NCBI RefSeq assembly: GCF_018977255.1
Contig: NW_024704743.1
Location: 110,796,001 to 110,860,000, forward strand
Direction: 5' to 3'
Length of the DNA stretch: 64,000 nt
Source of the DNA: Callorhinchus milii
Lineage: Eukaryota
Shown: one piece after another, positions 50,126-62,800 of the stretch
Layout: every line of letters starts with the position of its first letter
Numbering within the stretch: the first letter of the stretch is position 1
Position numbers and translations under genes: made by a program
The notes under the pieces: model-generated
Seen by the model: only the letters and a program-made list of their open reading frames with translations
Told to the model about the DNA's origin: nothing
The model's database searches: none

Positions 50126-50965
50126 GTTGCACCCCAACTGCTGCTCTAGCTCCATCACACACAGCTGCACTCAGGTCCATTGACATCAATGACATCAGTG
50201 AAAAGTTTCCAGTCAGAGTTAAAGGTTAACCTACAAACCTATTTAGTGCATAGAGTTCTGTTTAAGAGTTACATATATCAAAACAGATCACATTTTTACG
50301 CCCTAATCAAATGCAAATGCCTTCCATTGAGTGAGAATTTATAGGATTAGACAAGAATTCCCTTGAAACTAAGATTTTTGTTGCGGGGAAGAGATTTTAT
50401 AAAAAATTGAAAAGTGGATTGGTTCGGAAGGATGAACGTTTAACAAGTGTGAAACATAAACGCATGCAGATGGAATAGAAACTGTTACCTCAGGCTGGCT
50501 TGGCTCTGAGTCCAGTCTGAGCTCTTGCACTTTCACCCCTTCTCCCAGGTGACACTGCTGTGGAGGCGTTTTGTGGGTGAGATCCAATCTGGAGGCAGTG
50601 AGGACTAAGGAATTGTTACTATAGAAACTACCAGCTGAGCTCCAGTGTGGCTCTTAGTGCCTCTGACTATCCATCTTGTGCAAACCCTCAGGAACTCTTT
50701 AACCTCCCAATGACAGGAGGAAATCAGTGCAAAAAGTCTGATAAGCAGCAGCAGTATGGAAATCAGAAATACTGGTGTGAGGATAGTGCTTTGACTTCAT
50801 CATCGGAAAGTTCAAGTGCGCACGTGTGCAAATAATTTATTTGTTGTGTAAACATTGAGATTTGTACTTTATGTCAAACAATGCATTAATAATATTTATA
50901 TATCATATGCGTAGGCTATGTAGGAGATAGGCATGAGAAAATAATAATAATGATAATCCTTACAT

Positions 50966-52242
50966 TAGACAGCACCTGTGAAGGTCACAAACGATATCAT
51001 CTCTATCTGTGACCAGGGCTCCCTCTGCCTCTTCGTCCTCCTGGACCTCTCCGCTGCGTACGACACAGTCGATCACGCCATCCTCCTCCACTGCCTGTCC
51101 TCTATCATCAATCTAAGTGGGACCACACTCGCTTGGTTCGAGTCCTACCTTACAAACCGCCAGCACTACATTTCTGCAAATGGCTTTTCTTCTCACTTCC
51201 ACCCGCGGGGTACCCCAAGGATCCATCTTTGTCCCTCTTCTCCTCATCTATATGCTCCCTCTCCGGGATGTCATCCACAGATACGGGGTTAACTTCCACT
51301 CGTATGTGGATGACGCTCAATTCTACTTTTCCATCTCCAGCTGCGACCCCCAATCTCCTGATGGTCTGTCAGCTTGTCAGTCAGACATCAGGAGCTGGAT
51401 GAGTGCAAATTTCCTGCAGCGAAACGTCAACAAGACGGAAGCCATACGCTTTGGTTCCCGCCAAAATCTTCTGTCCCACGGTTCCGATCTCCTCACCCTA
51501 CCCGACCTGTCCTTAAAACTCTCTGAACCCATGCATAACTTAGGCATCAGGTTTGATCCCCAGTTATCCTTCCTTCCCCACATCCAGTCCCTGACCAACA
51601 CCGCTTTCTTCCATCTCCGCCACATTGTCCGTGTCCGACAATATCTCACCCCAAAAGCTGCCGAAACTCTCGTCCATGCCTTTGTCACCTCTCGGCTGGA
51701 CTACTCTAACGCCCTCCTCGCCAGTCTCCGCTCCTCCACTATTCACAAAATTCAGCTCATTCAAAACTCCGCCATCTGCATTCTCACCGGCACCAAACTG
51801 CGTACCCCGATTACTCCAGTCCTTGCCAAACTCCGCTGGCTCCCTGTCACAGAGCGATCAACTTCAGATCCTCACTCTAGTGTTTAAATCCCTCCATTCC
51901 TTGGCACCGCCCTATCTCTTAACCTCCTCTCTCCCCACAGCAGTACCCGCGACCTTCGCTTTACTGTGTCCAGCCTCCTCCTTGTCCCTCAAATCATCCG
52001 CCCCACAATAGGTGGCCGTGCCTTCAGCCACTACGCTCCGAAACTTTAGAACTCGCTCCCTCAATCCCTTTGCCTCTCCCCCTCCTTCCCCATCTTCAGG
52101 TCGCGCCTGAAGACCTTCCTCTTCGACTGCGAGGTCACCTTCCCCCTCCCCTGGCTCGGCATTGGGCTCCACCATTATTAAGCACTCTGAGCCACCGCCC
52201 GGCGTGGAGGGCGCTATATAAGTGCAAGTCGTCGTTGTTGTT
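50966..52242 (+). mobile_element. 5'-truncated L2 LINE with disrupted RT domain and 3' tail
   Basis: [46 protein letters not shown]. Frameshifts near 51195 and 51860; (GTT)n tail. Confidence 0.92.
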
Positions 52243-52249
52243 ACATTTA

Positions 52250-52605
52250 GTGGAGTCCTGTACTGGTTAGAGCACGTGCCTCGCAAACAAGAGGACCTGG
52301 GTTTGATTCCCGGCAGGTTGAAACATGGGGCAAAATTCCTAACTCCATAGGCCTCCGTTTACTTTAGTAAGTAGTAAGTAGAAACCCGATTGTTAGTCAA
52401 TTGGGGGATCACTTTTCCATGGGTAATAATCCCTTCTCAAAAAAATAATAATTTGTCATTTAATCCAAGACAGTTTGTGGGAAACTTCAGCGTTTCTCCC
52501 ACAAAACATACAGTCAATTCACTTTACAGTATATTCTGGAAAGCGTTTTGAGACTTCTAGAGGATGTGATAAAGTGCTGTATCAAATGTAAGGATTTTTA
52601 TTATT
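52250..52605 (+). mobile_element. tRNA-headed SINE directly after the L2 tail
   Basis: Starts gtggagtcctgta and ends ggattttattatt. Confidence 0.82.
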
Positions 52606-53099
52606 ACACTTGTTGTAGCAGATGGCTGTAGGGCTACAAGATAGGTGGGAGCTCATGTGGAGTACAAACACTGCACAGACTGGTTAGGCTTGATGTAACT
52701 CTGTGACCAGTTAAAACAATTTGAAAAGTGACAATGTTAATGTGCTGGTGTTATTAGGATTAATTGATTATTAATTTGGAAACTGAAATCTAGGAAATGT
52801 GAAAAAAAATATGGAAAAAGACTTGAAAAGGATCAACCTTGAAGGGACAGTGAGCGAGTAACCAAACAGAAATGCTTCAGGGTTCATAGTCCTCTTGGCA
52901 GCTTGAAAATATATTATGGTTAATGATTGTCGGGAAAAAATCTTTTTTTTAAAAAAAAGGCAACCATTTTTAGGCGAGCCTTCAGCTGCTCTGCTCCCAC
53001 TCTCCAGAACTCCATGGCAAAGTCACTCCTCCTCACCTCCTCCCTCACCACTTTTACTGCCTGCCTTAAGACCATTCTTTTTGATTGTACTTTCGCTAT

Positions 53100-53820
53100 T
53101 TTCTTAATGGAATGTGTTTCTCCTGCATAAAAAATCTTCCATTTTTACTCAACATCTTTGTTTGCCAATTTCTCCCTCCATCTACCTCGGCTGGTTTGCT
53201 CCTTATGCTATTGTAATTAGCTTTTCTCACAGTCGAGTTACTTGGTCCTTGTCTTGTCTGTCTCCTTCCCGTCATCATTTTGAACCTTATTATATTATGG
53301 TCACTACCCCCGAGGTTCCTCCTCCACATTTAAATCCCTGACCTGCTCTGGCTCATTGCCCATAAATAGGTCAAGCCGCTCTTCTCCTCTTGTTGGAGTT
53401 TCTACGTATTGAGACAGGAAAGAGTCCTGCACCCACTACAAAAGCTGCATCCCCTTCTCACCTCCTACTCGCTCGTTTTCTCTGCCAGTCTGTCTTGTGA
53501 TAATTGAAATCCCCCATAATTATTACTTTATTTGGTTTGTTCAGCTTCCTTAACTGCCTGTCTATTTCTTCTTCTATTTCTTTTCCACTAGGTGGCCTGT
53601 AGCACACCTCAATATTTTGGCTAGTCCTTTATTATCCTATATCTCTAACCAGATGGATTCTGTCCCATTATTCACAACTTTCCTTTTCAGCATGATAATG
53701 GGCCTCTGACCGAAACTGTTACCCACCTCCCCTTTTCCCTCTCCATCCTTTCTAAGTATATCCTGCAATATGGCCAGTCATATCCAGGTTGTAACCACTT
53801 TTCTGCTAATGCAATTACAG
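53100..53820 (-). mobile_element. Decayed CR1 endonuclease-region fragment
   Basis: NLGGSDHNIIRFKM on the minus strand; aattgaaatcccccataattatt is the reverse complement of an IIMGDFN motif. Confidence 0.75.
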
Positions 53821-53859
53821 TACATCCAATTCCTCAATTTAGATTACTGCCTCCAGTTC

Positions 53860-54030
53860 ACTCTCCTCTTTGACTGCGCATTCAGTCACCCACCCACCCA
53901 CGCCCACCCTCCCTGCCCTTCACCCCTCCTGATCCCAACTCGGGTGCAAATCTTTGACTGTCCAGCACCTTGGGATGTCCTCCCGACATGAAAAGCACTA
54001 TACAAATGCTGTATACATTTGTTTGTTGTC
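53860..54030 (+). mobile_element. L2 3' end
   Basis: C-rich 3' UTR, gcaccttgggatgtcctcccgacatgaaaagcac hairpin, gttgtt tail. Confidence 0.7.
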
Positions 54031-54337
54031 ATCTGTTGCCAGTGCTCTGTGTATTGCAGTACAGGCATCAGACAATTTTATTTCCCTGTCCACTTACCAT
54101 TTTTCACTAATCGCTCCTGCTTTTGATTTTTACTCGCATCTCTTCCTGGAGTATTTAAATTCTGCTCACCTTCTCTACCTTCTACTCTATCAATCATTAC
54201 ATTAAGGTAATTTTTCCCACACCAGCCTCCCACCCCCGCTACTACAACGTGCTTCTTCCCACCAATCTCTCAAATTAGTTTAATTAATTTTCATTCAAAA
54301 ATTCAATCTGTGTGTGTTATATTCTGTGTGTGTCATA

Positions 54338-54685
54338 CGTAGGGTCCAGTAGCGCAGTGGTTAATCACTCACCTTGCAAGCGAGAGGACTCTGATTCCCG
54401 GGCTGGTTGGGGTGAAACCTTAAGCAAATTTCTTTACTCCACACGCCTGTTTACCTAGCAATAAGTAGGAACCCGGATGTTAGACTATTGGTGGATAGCT
54501 TTCCGTGAGAAATAATCCCTTAAAAAAAAATCCACTGCCGTTTTGGGACACTGCTGTGTAGTTGGCTGCCATGTTTCACCCACAGAATGTACAGTCAGTT
54601 CATTCTGCAGTATATTCTGTGAAGAACTTTGAGACGTCTCGAAGATGTGCTGAGGCACGATATCAAATTCAGGGATTATTATTTT
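54338..54685 (+). mobile_element. tRNA-headed SINE (long-body subfamily)
   Basis: Head, gcctgtttacctagcaataagtaggaacccgg body, tail. Confidence 0.82.
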
Positions 54686-55324
54686 TACTGTTATTATTGT
54701 GATTGATGTTTTATATGATAAACCCTTCTGTATAATTATTCATATACAATTAATGAATATTAGCTGCTAATTGCCCGGGATTTTTGTCTGATTGTCTCTC
54801 ACTTTAAGTGTATTTTTTGATGTTTTAGAAAAATTCATAATCTAAATGCATCGCTAAAGTGTACTTAATAAAAAATAACTAAAGCAGCCCATTACAAACA
54901 AAGTCAAGTCTGCCTTTGTTATGTTCGTAACAGTGACAATCAGTGCAAAATGGCTTTGGATGCTAAGCTTTAGCGGCACTTATATTCCTGCAGTGCTCAC
55001 AACCAGCTTAGTGTTTATCTCGGTCTCATCAGAGTTCACCCCAGCAGGTTAAACCATTCCTGCTTTGTGATGCCTTCAGTCCAGCATCCAGGATTTACAA
55101 TTTAATGTTGAGGGGCAAAATGATGGTTAAATAAGTCATTCAGCCTTCTCTGCATACCTTACGTACATTTGAAAGTGTTTATTTTATTTTCATAAGACAA
55201 CAAAGCAGCATAATAAATTGATACAGATCATTTCAATAGCATTAAACATTCATGATATCCTCATAGGATGTGGGCTTCAATATCGACATATAATCACCTG
55301 TGATTAAGTGGGACAGAGTGACAT

Positions 55325-55622
55325 TAGGGTTTGATTCCCCAGCACGGATTCCACTCGCCTCTGTTTACCTGGCAGTAAGTAGGAACCTGATTGTTAGTTG
55401 ACGGGCAGATCATTTTCGAGGATAATAATTCCTCAGAACAAGATTGGGTTACTGAATGCACAACTGTTTGTGGGACACTGCTGTGCACAATTGGCTGCTG
55501 CGTTTCGCCCACAAAATATAGTCAATTCACTTTACAGTGTGTTCTGTGACGCGCTTTGAGAAGTCTCAACAACGTGATAAGGCGCTATAGCAAATGTAGG
55601 GATTATTATTATTATTATTATT
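55325..55622 (+). mobile_element. 5'-truncated SINE
   Basis: B box, body and long (ATT)n tail. Confidence 0.85.
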
Positions 55623-56107
55623 GAACATTGGGCATGTTTATTGGTGTTACTTTATCTTGAGATCCCAGAACAAGAACTTGGCTGACTCCAGGAGGATTCA
55701 ATAGGTTACATTGTCACCCACAACTCGATGAAAGGGAAAATGTTTGGATCTAGTGCAACAATAGTTATACCACCCGCGAAGTTTAACCATGTAATGGAAA
55801 TGTCAACGTCCAGCAGAGATGAAGACATGCTCACATATCAAGGCTGGTAAATTTCCTGTCAGCAGGACAATTGCCCCATTTAGCGTGGTGTTTTGATTTA
55901 CGTTTTCCATTCATATCATATGATGTTGTAATTAATACACATTAATTCTCAGGCTTTTTTTTAAAAGAAGAATGGCGTGCTTAGCAACAGGCTGGTCCAC
56001 AGTATTTCAGGGAACTGCTGATGACAGCACAGACACCCTGGCTCATCGAGAGGACTTGGAGAAGCAGACTGGTAACTGAGGGTAGGGATTCTTCCTACTC
56101 ATCCCTT

Positions 56108-56242
56108 GATAATAATAATAATAATAATCCTTGCATTTGATATAGCGCTTTTCACGTCGGGAGGACATCCCAAAGCGCTTCACAGAACACACTGTAAAGT
56201 GAATTGACTGTATATTTGTGGGCGAACGCGGCAGCCAATTGC
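56108..56242 (-). mobile_element. Young SINE 3' fragment
   Basis: Nearly identical in reverse to 62103-62236. Confidence 0.9.
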
Positions 56243-56254
56243 AACCCTGCAATT

Positions 56255-56528
56255 GATAACCCTGCAAGCCTAAAACCTAGGGTGGTCCTTGATGGACAAG
56301 CAGTGTTTAAACTCCAGCAGTACCACAACACACACTCTGGGTCCCCAAGCCTTGGCTCTTGTTAACCTGCTCTTAAAACTCTCCAGAATTAGCTAAATAT
56401 GCTGCATCCCTCTGGGGAGACAGTGCGCATTCCATTCCAAACATGGGATTTTCCATGTGTAGGCGGCATGTATGGAACTCTCAGTCTGGTTTGGATACAC
56501 TTCAGCACCATGATGGGCTTCTGCATGC
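56255..56528 (-). repeat. Family X copy
   Basis: Reverse complement aligns to 8256-8510. Confidence 0.7.
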
Positions 56529-56647
56529 ATTTTTTTTTAGAAAAAAAATCTTTCTACAGTAAAGCTCACTCAAAACTGATCTGTATAAATCATATAATCA
56601 CCTAAGTCCTATATCTGCCTAAGTCCCGTTCAAGAATTTATATTCTA

Positions 56648-57480
56648 AACAACAACAACAACAAAATTACATTTACATACAGTCAGGTGTCGGGGCCCGA
56701 GCATGGGGGAGGGGTGGTGTAGGGATGAGGGAAGGTGGAGAGGTGAGAGGGAGACCAAAGGCACGGTTGAAGAGAAGGATCTTGAGTCCGGCCTTGAAGG
56801 AGGCAAGAGAGGAAGCGATGCAAAGGGACTGTGGGATGGCGTTCCAGAGTTTGGGGGTAGAGTGGCTGAAAGCTCGGCCATCGATGGTAGGGCGGGTTGG
56901 GCGGGAGACATGGAGCAGGCCGGAGTCTGCTGAACAGAGTAAGCGGGCAGGTTGGTAGGGAGTCAGCAGGTCAGAGACGTAGGAGGGGGAAAGGCCATGG
57001 ATAGCCTTAAAGGTGAGGACGAGGATCTTGAACTCGATCCTCTGGGGGATGGGGAGCCAATGGAGTCGGGCGAGAGTGGGAGTGATGGGGTTGCGGAGCC
57101 TGGTGCGTGAGAGTACACGAACTGCAGAGTTTTGGATGATCTGCAGCTTGTGAAGGAAAGAGTTGGGAAGGTCGATGAGGAGGGAGTTCCCGTAATTGAG
57201 CCTTGATGTGACAAATGCGTGGGAGAGGGTTTTGGTAGCCTGAGGGGTGAAACAGTGGCTGAGTCTCGCAATGTTGCAGAGGTGGTGGTAGGCAGTACCA
57301 GTTATGGCGCGGATGTAGGGGAGAAAAGACAGTTCAGGGTCAAACAAGATACCCAGGTTCTTGACTGGGTTAGCGAGGTTGAGTGTGCAGCCATGGAGGC
57401 TGATGCTGCCAGCGCCAGAGGTGCGGAGGCGCTGGCGTGAGCCAATCAGGACGGCCTCAGTCTTGCTGACGTTGAGTTGA
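56648..57480 (-). mobile_element. 5'-truncated L2 LINE (ORF2 C-terminus)
   Basis: ORF 56673-57347: FDPELSFLPYI...HAFVTSRLNYGNSLL...LHWLPIPQRIEFKIL...GRAFSHSTPKLWN; (AAC)n tail. Confidence 0.92.
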
Positions 57481-58417
57481 CATTCTATGCAAGTTTGACA
57501 TAATTCATATTTGCATAAGTCATATTAAATGTATCGTCCCAACTGACGATACTCACGTGAGGTTTACTGTAGTCTGCATGCATCGGATGCACACTGGACA
57601 TTAACTATCCCAGATAAGCCATCAGGCAAGCCTCCTGTTTTGTTTAAAACAAATAAGGTATTCTTTAACAGTAACTTGGAACATGATCCCAATGCTTATT
57701 CACTCTATAACAATTGGAGAAGGATTGGGAACTCTATGACTGCATCACCTAAAAAAAGGTTATTGACCTACAAGAAATGTGGAGCTCTCAATACACGAAA
57801 TGACCAACGTGCCTAAAAATCAAAGCAAATTGAACAAGCAAGCTTTAGGTGTAACCTTTCTACTTTGGCAGACTGCCCAACCTTGTTGTCTTTCAAAGCA
57901 TGAATGCTGAAATAGTGCTGTTAGTGCTGTTAATGCTGTTTTGAGTGCAGTATTATACACAGAACTCATGCCCTGGGTTGAAATTGAGATCTAAATTAAT
58001 TTTAATTCATTGTAACCCTTTAGAATATCAAAAGCTTTTCTACCTCTTCAGACTCCCTTTTCAAGCTGAGTATCTGCACACATTTCTTTTGATGAAGCTA
58101 GAAAGCAGAACAGAGGAAAGACACATTAGTGTTTCAGTCATTGTATTTTAGAGATTAACTAAAAGGTATAATCCCTTCAGGGCATACGGCTTTAAGGCTG
58201 ATGCTGGTATTGCAATCAACAACAATTTACATTTATATTGCGCCTTTCACGTCAAGAGGATGTTTCAAAGGGCTTCACACAGATAGATGGCTGGCCAACA
58301 AAGTTGGGGAAGGGGGGGGACCTGAAGTGCAGTCAATGTAGGCGCTAACAAGCATCCCCAAAATGGGGGATGAGACAAAGATGGGGGAGCGAAGCAAGGC
58401 AGAGGGAGCCCTATAAT

Positions 58418-58855
58418 TCTACAATTATCCTTACATTTTATATAGTGCCTTTCATGTTGGGAGGAAATCTCAAATCGTGCTTCAGAGGATATATCATAAG
58501 ATTCGTAGTGACTGTGTATTTTGTAGCCAAATATGGCTGACAATTTGTGCACAGCAATGCCCCACAAACAGCTAAGAAGTGAATGACCAATTTTATCCGG
58601 GGGATTGTTGGTCAGCACAATGAGAGAAATTTCCTTCACTTTTTGAATCATGTCATGAGATCTTTAACATCCACCTGAACAGGCTGACGGGACTTTAGTT
58701 TAATGTCTCATCCAAAAGTCGGCACCTCCAACAATGCGGCACACTCCCAGCACTGCACTGGAGTCTCAGCCTACATTATGCGAGTTCAAATTCCCAACAT
58801 GAGGCTTGATCCCACAACCTTCTCAGAGGTGAGAGTCCTACCAATGGAGCCAGGT
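58418..58855 (-). mobile_element. Old DeuSINE-like element, near full length
   Basis: Tail, central gatctttaacatccacctgaacagg...tttaatgtctcatcc block and tRNA-like head, all on the minus strand. Confidence 0.8.
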
Positions 58856-59819
58856 CTTTGGACGTGGGGTGGGAGGATTAGTAGGTTCCTGGTTCTGATC
58901 ACTAACCAGCACAACACCAATGTTCTTTTCTCCTGAAGATGCTAAGAGTGAGTTAAGAGTTTCTATATGTGCCAGCAGTCCTCCAGAAGCTTGACTGTTC
59001 TTCATGTGTGAGCCCAGTAATTGTTAGCTGATTGTTCAGAACCGAACCTGTGAAATTCTTTTCCGTAGTTGCACGACAGAGACACCACAATGGTGTAGAG
59101 ACTTCTCTGCAGTGCGTGGTGAGTTTCTTCACTGCACACTTTCTCTGTATGTGCGTTCGTCTACAAAAAACACTCTACATTTCACAGTGTATCCTGTGAA
59201 GCGCTTTGAAACTTCTTTCCGACATGAAAAGTGCTACATCAAATAAAAGGATTATTATTATTAATAACAAATTCTGCCATGTACAATACAATTTACAGTT
59301 AGATAGCACCTTTCATACCAAAGTGCTTGAAATTACGTGGATATGATAAATGGAACATTTAATGCATCCTGATGGAAATAGAGATAGAACAATGGGGCAC
59401 CAGTAAGTGGCTTCTCGCTTTCCTCCTTCCTCACAAATATACTTTTTAAATGATACAATAAGAAATTATGACCTGCAGCAATATTAACCTCAGCAGCATT
59501 TGTTAATTTTCAGGTATTACTGACCATGTGATTAGAACAGAAACTGCTGCAAACCCAGCATTCTGCATCTCTGTAGTCAAGTCTGATAAGTAGATCATAG
59601 ATTCACATCCAACATTAATGTATTTAAGAGGATGCATACATGAGAAAAGAAGAGAATAGAGGGTGTAAATGAGGGTATGGGGGGGTGGGGGTGGGGGGGT
59701 GAGGAATATAAACCTCATTCAAGACTTGTTGAACCAAAAGGCCTGTTTCTTTGCTGGTCACTCTATGTAACTCTATGATCAGTCTATGTCTTTCTATGTA
59801 AATTCAGGTTTGATTCATT

Positions 59820-62800
59820 TTCATAGAATCATAGAATCATACCGAACAAGAGAGCAATGTAATGTCAATTTTGAAAAGAGCAATGTAATGTCAATCCCAC
59901 TCCCCAGCCCTTTCCCCATAATCCTGCAAACCCGTCGTCCTCAAATACCCATCCACCGCGTTTTTAAAAGTAGTTATTGAATCGGCCTCCACCACCCTTT
60001 CAGGCAATACATTCCAGATTCGAACAACTCACTGTGTGAAAAAATTTCTTCTCGCCTCCCCTCTGCTTCTTTTAGAAACTATTTTAAATCTGTGACCTCG
60101 AGTCACCGACACACCCACCAGTGGAAACAATTTTTCCCTTTCTAACCTATCAAATCCCCTTAAGATTTTGAAAACCTCTATTAGGTCTCCTCGTAACCTT
60201 CTCTGCTCCAATGAGAATAATCCCAGCCTCTCTAGCTTTCCTCATAATCAAGGTCCCTCATTCCTGGTATCATCCTTGTAAATCTCCTCTGCACCCTTTC
60301 CAATCCTTAACATCCTTCCTATAGTGTGGTGCCCAGAACTGGGCGCAGTATTCTAACTGAGGCCTAACCAGTGTTTTATATAGATTAATCATAACCTCCT
60401 GACTCTTGAACTCTATGCCCCTATTTATAAAGCCTAGTATCCCATATGCTTTTTTTTACAGCTTTATCTACCTGTCCTGCCACCTCCAAGGATTCATTTA
60501 CCTGAACCCCCAGGTCTCTCTGTTCTTTTGTCCCCCTTAAGATTGTATTACCAGCCTATATTGCCTCCCCTCATTCTTTCTACCAAAATGCATTACCTTG
60601 CCTTTCTCCACATTGAAATTCATCAGCCATGTGTCTGCCCATTTTACCATTCTGTCTATGTCTTCCTGCAGTTGGCTACTATCCTTCTCACTGTTTACCA
60701 TCCCACCTAACTTTGTGTCATCCGCAAACTTGGAAATGGTACTTACTATACCCAAGTCCAGATCATTTATATATATTAAGAAGAGCAGTGGTCCTAATAC
60801 CGATCCCTGGGGGACCCCACTGTACACTTCCCTCCAGTCAGAAAAGCAGCTGTTCACCACAACTCTCTGCTTTCTATCTTCCAGCCAGTTCTGGATCCGT
60901 GCTGCCACTGTCCCTTTTATACCATGGGCTTCTATTTTTCTTACAAATCTTTTATGTGGCACTTTGTCAAATGACTTTTGAAAGTCCATATAAACTACAT
61001 CAACTGCACTACCTTCATCCACCCTCTCCGTTACCTCATCGAAAAATTCTATTAGATTTGTTAGACAAGATTTGCCTTTAACAAATCCATATTGGCTGTC
61101 CCTAATTAACCCATATTCTTCTAAGTGAAGATTGATTCTGTCCCGGATTATAGTCTCCAGGAGTTTCCCCACTTATGATGTTAGACTGACTGGCCTGTAG
61201 TCCCCAGGTTTGTCCTTCTGCTCCTTTTTGTACAGGGGAGTAACATTACCACCCCTGTGTCCAACGAAGATTGAAAAATTGTAGCCAAAGCCTTCGCTAT
61301 TTGTACCCATGCATCCCATCCAGACTGGGCGACTTATCTACCTTTAGCCCAGTCAACCTTTTCAGTACTTCCTCTCTGTTTATGCTTATCCTATCCATTT
61401 CCTCTACCCTCTCCTCCAATACTGCGGCATTTGGTGCATTCACTTCTTTTGTGAAGACAGATGCAAAGTATTCATTCAGTACATCAACCATGCCCTCTGC
61501 CTCCACAATAAGATTTCCGCCTTGGTCCTTAATTGGCCCCACCCTACCTTTGACTAAGCTTTTTTTCTTGATATGTTTGTAAAATATTTTAGGATTCCCT
61601 TTAATGTTACCCGCTAACCTTTTTTCGTATAATCTTTTTGCCCCTCTTATTTCCTTTTTCAGTTCTCTTCTGTACTTCCTATATTCTATTTGGTTGTCTT
61701 CTGTATCTTGGGTTTGACATTTGTCATATGCCTCCTTTTTTTGCTTCATTCTAGACACAATTACCTTCGTCATCCAGGGAGGTTTGGATGCCCTACTTTT
61801 CCCTTTTGTGGGAATGTATTTGTTCTGTCCCCGAGCTATTTCATCCTTGAAGACTTCCCACTGCTCTTTAGTTGTTTTACCTGCCAATCTTTCTTTCCAG
61901 TCCACCTTGTGGAGTCCTGTAGCTCAGTGGTTAGAGCACTCGCTTTGCAAGTGAGAAACCTGAGTTCAATTCCAGGCAGAGGGCGAAACCTTGGGCAAGT
62001 TTCCTTACTCCACACAGAGCCTAATAATAATCCCTCCAAAACCAAAAAAAAAATAAATTGGTTATTTTCAATCTACGACTGTTTGTGGGACATTGCTGGG
62101 CGCAATTGGCTGCCGCGTTCGCCCACAAATATACAGTCAATTCACTTTACAGTGTGTTCTGTGAAGCGCTTTGGGACGTCCTCCCGACGTGAAAAGCGCT
62201 ATATCAAATGCAAGGATTATTATTATTATTATTATTGGCCAGGTCCCTTTTTAACTCACTGAAATTAGCCCTCTTCTAGTTGAGTATCTTCACCTTTGAT
62301 TGTTCCTTGTCCCTTTCCATATGCACTCTGAATCTAATGATGCTGTGATCACTATTGCCCAAATGCTCTCCCACTGAAACCTGCTCCACTTGCCCTACTT
62401 CATTCCCCAGAACTAGATCCAGCACTGCTTCTTTCCTCGTTGGGCTGGAAACGTACCGATGAAGAAAGTTGTCCTGTACGCATTTTAGGAATCTTTACCC
62501 CTCCTTGTCCTTTGCACTGTTGTTTTGCCAATCTATGTTGGGATAATTAAAGTCCCCCATTATCACGACTCTATTGTCCTTGCATCTGTCTGAGAGCTGC
62601 TTGCAGATCTGCTCATCTATTTCCTTCCCACTATTTGGTAATCTATAGTATACCCCTACCAGTGTAACAGCTCCTTTTTTGTTCCTTAATTCTAACCAGA
62701 TAGATTCTGTTTTGGGGCCCTCCAGCACCTCGACCCTTTCCACGGCTATAACCATATCCTTGATTAATATTGCTACACCCCCTCCTTTTTTTCCTTCCCT

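Noticed and set aside
49810..50229. 139-aa His/Thr-rich ORF
   Set aside because: Product of a CA/CACT low-complexity tract.
59851..59895. 19-bp direct repeat agagcaatgtaatgtcaat in the CR1 3' UTR; also a ~28-bp tandem at 4605-4670
   Set aside because: Two-copy local slippage duplications with no repeat-spacer array structure; not CRISPR-like.
60537..61172. 211-aa reverse transcriptase ORF as a novel RT system
   Set aside because: It is part of an ordinary CR1 ORF2 broken by stops, deletions and a SINE insertion.
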